DNA of 64,000 bases, from the IMG/VR virus record IMGVR_UViG_3300032038_000065, positions 6,450 to 70,449 of that record; one strand, given 5' to 3'. Under the pieces are notes generated by a model. That model was given only the letters and a program-made list of their open reading frames with translations, was not told the origin of the DNA and made no database searches. Origin of the DNA: a virus. Lineage: Duplodnaviria; Caudoviricetes. Of the stretch, positions 61,148 to 64,000 are shown in pieces. The translations under genes and the position numbers were made by a program. Within the stretch, counting starts at the first letter, position 1. Each line of letters starts with the position of its first letter.

Positions 61148-62089
61148 ATGATGACATTAATTATTTCAATTATATTTATATTTTTAGGTTTATGTGCAAT
61201 TGCGATAGGTTTTGTTTTGTTTTATAAAGCAAATCAATTAAAAATTTAGCATGACTAGTAGCAATAGTTAATAAATCAACATTTAAGAGACGAAACCAAA
61301 TCATGGCAAAATGCTTTATATGAAGCACAGGTATAGTATAATAAAAATAAAGAATAGTTATAGAAAAGCAATGACATTTGGAAGAAAAATAAAGAAGAAG
61401 AACTACAAACTTGGCTAACTGAAAAACAAAATTATTATCAACAAAGAGCGCAAAGTTCATAGGCATATTCTGAATAGCGTATTGAATAGGCAAACCAACA
61501 ATTTAAAATGTATCAAGAGTAGATTCAAAAAGAAAAAGAAGCTGCTAATAAAGAATTGGAAAAAATTAAATCTTCTCTTACCGCGGGAATCGAAGCTAAT
61601 TTAAGATAGCAATAGAAAAAAGAAAAAATTAATTTTTATAAAATATCTATTAATGAAGCAGATATGGCAGACATCCAAATGCTAGAAAATTTAAAGCTAT
61701 CTTTTAGAAAACCTGTTGTTCTAAGTAAACTTATATGGTCACAGTATTTTCAAAAACAAGTTACTTAGTTATGCGATAGACTTACTGGTAAGAAAACTAT
61801 TTGTGGTATTTATAAAATTACAGACTTGCTTACATAGCAATGTTACATCGGGCAAAGCGTGGATATAAGCTAGCGCTTTAAATCCCATTGCAAATGCGGG
61901 CTTGGGATAGATGCTCCTGCAACCAATAAATTATATAATACAATGCAAAAAGATAAATTATGGAATTTTACTTTTGAAATATTAGAAGAGTGCCCACGCG
62001 AGCAACTAAATGAGAAAGAGGCATTTTGGATCAATATGTATCAAAGCAATGTTTTTGGTATGAATGGGAATAAAGGAGTAAATAAATGA
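61148..62089 (+). CDS. Membrane-anchored coiled-coil protein with C-terminal GIY-YIG domain (313 aa, 16 TAG)
   Basis: N-terminal TM helix, coiled coil, CGIYKIT...CYIGQS; ends TGA overlapping the next ATG. Confidence 0.78.
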
Positions 62090-63883
62090 AATTTGAAAAT
62101 ACAGAGGTTTGGGGATTTTAGGCCGCTCTTCGTGGGATGAGAAATCCTAAAAATAGTTGGTAGAAAAATGATACTATTATTTATGATGAAGACACCTCTT
62201 CTTTTGATGAAGGACAAAATCTTGGTAATACTCCAATGTGTGTATATATCGGCCCGAATGATATGAAACTTGCTCAAACCCTTATTAAAGCTGGACCCGA
62301 ACATAGAAAATTTCTTAGACAAATTTTTGTTACTGTTGATATTACAGCTCCACTTTATTGGTATTAAGATCTACTTCTTTCTGCCAATGAAATGCTTTTC
62401 CTACTTATCGGTAGGGGTCACTAATATTTAGTGGCTAACGGGGAACCACCCATTGGAATCCCGTGGGAAACTTTTATAAATTATTAAAATTTTTGGTCAA
62501 AATCAAATTATTCGTATCCTCTATTTTTTATATATATTAGAAACAAATAGGAGGATTATTATTATGAAAGAAAAACAGGTAAGACAATCAAAGCCGAGAG
62601 TTGATTTAACTGGTAAAAAATTTGGAAAATTAACTCCGTTATATTATATAAAAGGCGGTAAATGGCATTGTAAATGTGACTGCGGAAATGAATGTGATGT
62701 AGACACAAGAAATTTAAATAGTAATCATACTCAATCTTGTGGCTGTTTAGTTAAAGAAAAAGCAGCTAACAATGCTATAAATATGATAGGCTATGAAGAT
62801 GATAATTTCAAAGTTTTAGAACGAGATGGTTCATCACCTCAAGGAATTGCTTATTGGAAATGTTTATGCAAACATTGTGGAAATATTTTCACCACAAAAG
62901 GTAGTAACATTCGTTCTGTTGGAATTCAATCTTGTGGTTGTCAACATTCTAAAGGTGAACAAAAAATTACAAAAATGTTAATTGATGAAGGATGCACTTT
63001 TTCGACTCAATATACCTTTCCTGATTTAATTGGAGTAGGCGGAGGTAGATTAAGATTTGATTTTGCCATCTTTTTAAATAATCAGTTAGATTGTCTTATA
63101 GAATATAATGGCTTACAACATTATGAAAAACCTCAAGGAAAATGGGGTGAAGAGTGGGAAAAATTAATTGAGAATGATAAAAGAAAAAAAGAATACTGTG
63201 AAAAACATTGTATTCCATTAAAAGTTATAAAATATGACCAGGATTTTACAATTTTAGATTTAATATAATTTATAAAAGAACCTGTAGAGACTATCCCCTA
63301 TGCCTTATAGGGCGGGGGAGTAGGGGTATTATTGATACGTACCTAGGTTTTAGGAAACGAAGCCTATGAAAACCGAAATGGCATCCTCTTATATAAGAGT
63401 AAAAGATAGTCCAAAAATGGGAAAGAAATGGACACTTATAAAATCGGCACAGTCGCTAATAGTACGTCAACTATGCATAAGTTAACAAGCAAACCAATCA
63501 CCCTTGATTGTTTTGAGACAGATGATTTTAATTCAGATTTAGTTTATTATACTGAACCAAATCCATATTCTGATGTTTATATTGAAATGGAAAATACAAC
63601 AGGTATGCTGTCTGATATTATAATTGAACAACTTGAATTTCTTCGTCAAAAATATCTTGAAACAAAAGATAAGAAATATTGGAAATAGCTTGTGCGGTGG
63701 CTTCCTTAGGGATGGCTTCAGACTAGAACTTGGACAGCAAATTATGAAGTCATTCGAACTATGGTTCATCAACGATAGATGCATAAATTAAATTAGTGGA
63801 GCGGTTTAGATGATCCATCTAAAAATAATTTTATAAAATGGGCTAAATCATTACCCTATGCTAATGAATTTATTTTTAATTGA
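62086..63883 (+). CDS. Conserved phage protein, possibly ThyX-fold, spliced: exon 1 62086-62362, exon 2 63420-63883 (246 aa, 6 TAG)
   Basis: GF*AALRGMRNP, EHRKFLRQI. Splicing restores ITAPLYW-WKEMDTYKIG; YWK*L, HKLN*W. The ThyX link is recalled only. Confidence 0.75.
62493..62533 (+). promoter_or_regulatory. Putative late promoter motif inside the intron, upstream of its endonuclease
   Basis: TTGGTCAA-N25-TTTTATAT. Confidence 0.5.
62564..63268 (+). CDS. Intron-encoded endonuclease (Cys-rich repeats + DUF559/Vsr-like domain), no TAG
   Basis: WHCKCDCGN..SCGC repeats; RFDFAIF...LIEYNGLQHY; paralogous to 5236-6195. Confidence 0.82.
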   Translation: MKEKQVRQSKPRVDLTGKKFGKLTPLYYIKGGKWHCKCDCGNECDVDTRNLNSNHTQSCGCLVKEKAANNAINMIGYEDDNFKVLERDGSSPQGIAYWKCLCKHCGNIFTTKGSNIRSVGIQSCGCQHSKGEQKITKMLIDEGCTFSTQYTFPDLIGVGGGRLRFDFAIFLNNQLDCLIEYNGLQHYEKPQGKWGEEWEKLIENDKRKKEYCEKHCIPLKVIKYDQDFTILDLI

Positions 63884-63908
63884 AAAATAAAAAATAAAAT
63901 GTTATAAT
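63880..63908 (+). promoter_or_regulatory. sigmaA-type promoter
   Basis: TTGAAA-17 nt-TATAAT. Confidence 0.7.
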
Positions 63909-63948
63909 ATAATTATAAAATGAAAATTATGTTATAGAGGAATAAAAA

Positions 63949-64000
63949 ATGAAGCTTGAAGGAAATAGAAAAGAAAAGTTTATACAAATGCTTGAAAAAG
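63949..64000 (+). CDS. 5' end of the next gene (truncated by the window)
   Basis: GAGG RBS, ATG, MKLEGNRKEKFIQMLEK. Confidence 0.5.
   Translation, partial: MKLEGNRKEKFIQMLEK

Larger units (their letters stand above)
62363..63419 (+). mobile_element. Group I intron (1057 nt)
   Basis: P1 AUUGGU/GCCAAU; P10 UUCUUUCU/GGAAAGAA; GACUAU/AUAGUC P7; terminal G at 63419. Core motifs shared with the gyrB intron. Confidence 0.88.

Noticed and set aside
640-63883. Standard table 15 (TAG=Gln) as the default explanation
   Set aside because: Catalytic Glu positions and internal GAA/GAG paralogue matches favour Glu; only a minority of variable sites fit Gln. Demoted, not fully excluded.
640-63883. Systematic G-to-T sequencing or base-modification artefact at GAG
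   Set aside because: TAG follows the coding strand on both strands, is absent from whole kb-long genes that keep GAG, and sometimes corresponds to GAA (two changes). Read-level confirmation is still advisable.

Overview
AT-rich genome segment of a large tailed phage, probably infecting gut Clostridia (sigmaA-type promoters, GGAGG ribosome-binding sites, a Clostridia-type HPr-like gene). The supplied ORF track is badly fragmented because the phage reads TAG as a sense codon. Reading through TAG restores long intact genes, all ending in TAA or TGA, including a 2967-aa tape measure, 1709-, 1348- and 1076-aa tail proteins, an endolysin, holins, a RuvC-like resolvase, RNase H and homing endonucleases. 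The key observation is that TAG behaves as GLUTAMATE, not the glutamine usually assigned to amber-recoded phages. TAG sits at the catalytic Glu of an HExxH motif (VLCH*ITH, 15990) and at RNase H Glu48 (TTNNRM*L, 52703). It also aligns with GAA/GAG in paralogous tail-gene modules inside this window. Many RNA-repair and replication genes (DUF2828-like, RNA ligase, kinase, phosphoesterase, gyrB, gyrA, ligA) contain no TAG, while virion, lysis and mobile-endonuclease genes do. Other features: three tRNAs (Ser; Lys interrupted by a 62-nt anticodon insertion; an atypical Gln), repeated RCAGCAAAT hairpins beside a Ro/TROVE-like gene, two group I introns with endonucleases, 13 sigmaA-like promoters and a second promoter-like motif with fixed 25-nt spacing. 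Family assignments are from recalled motifs; no database search was run.
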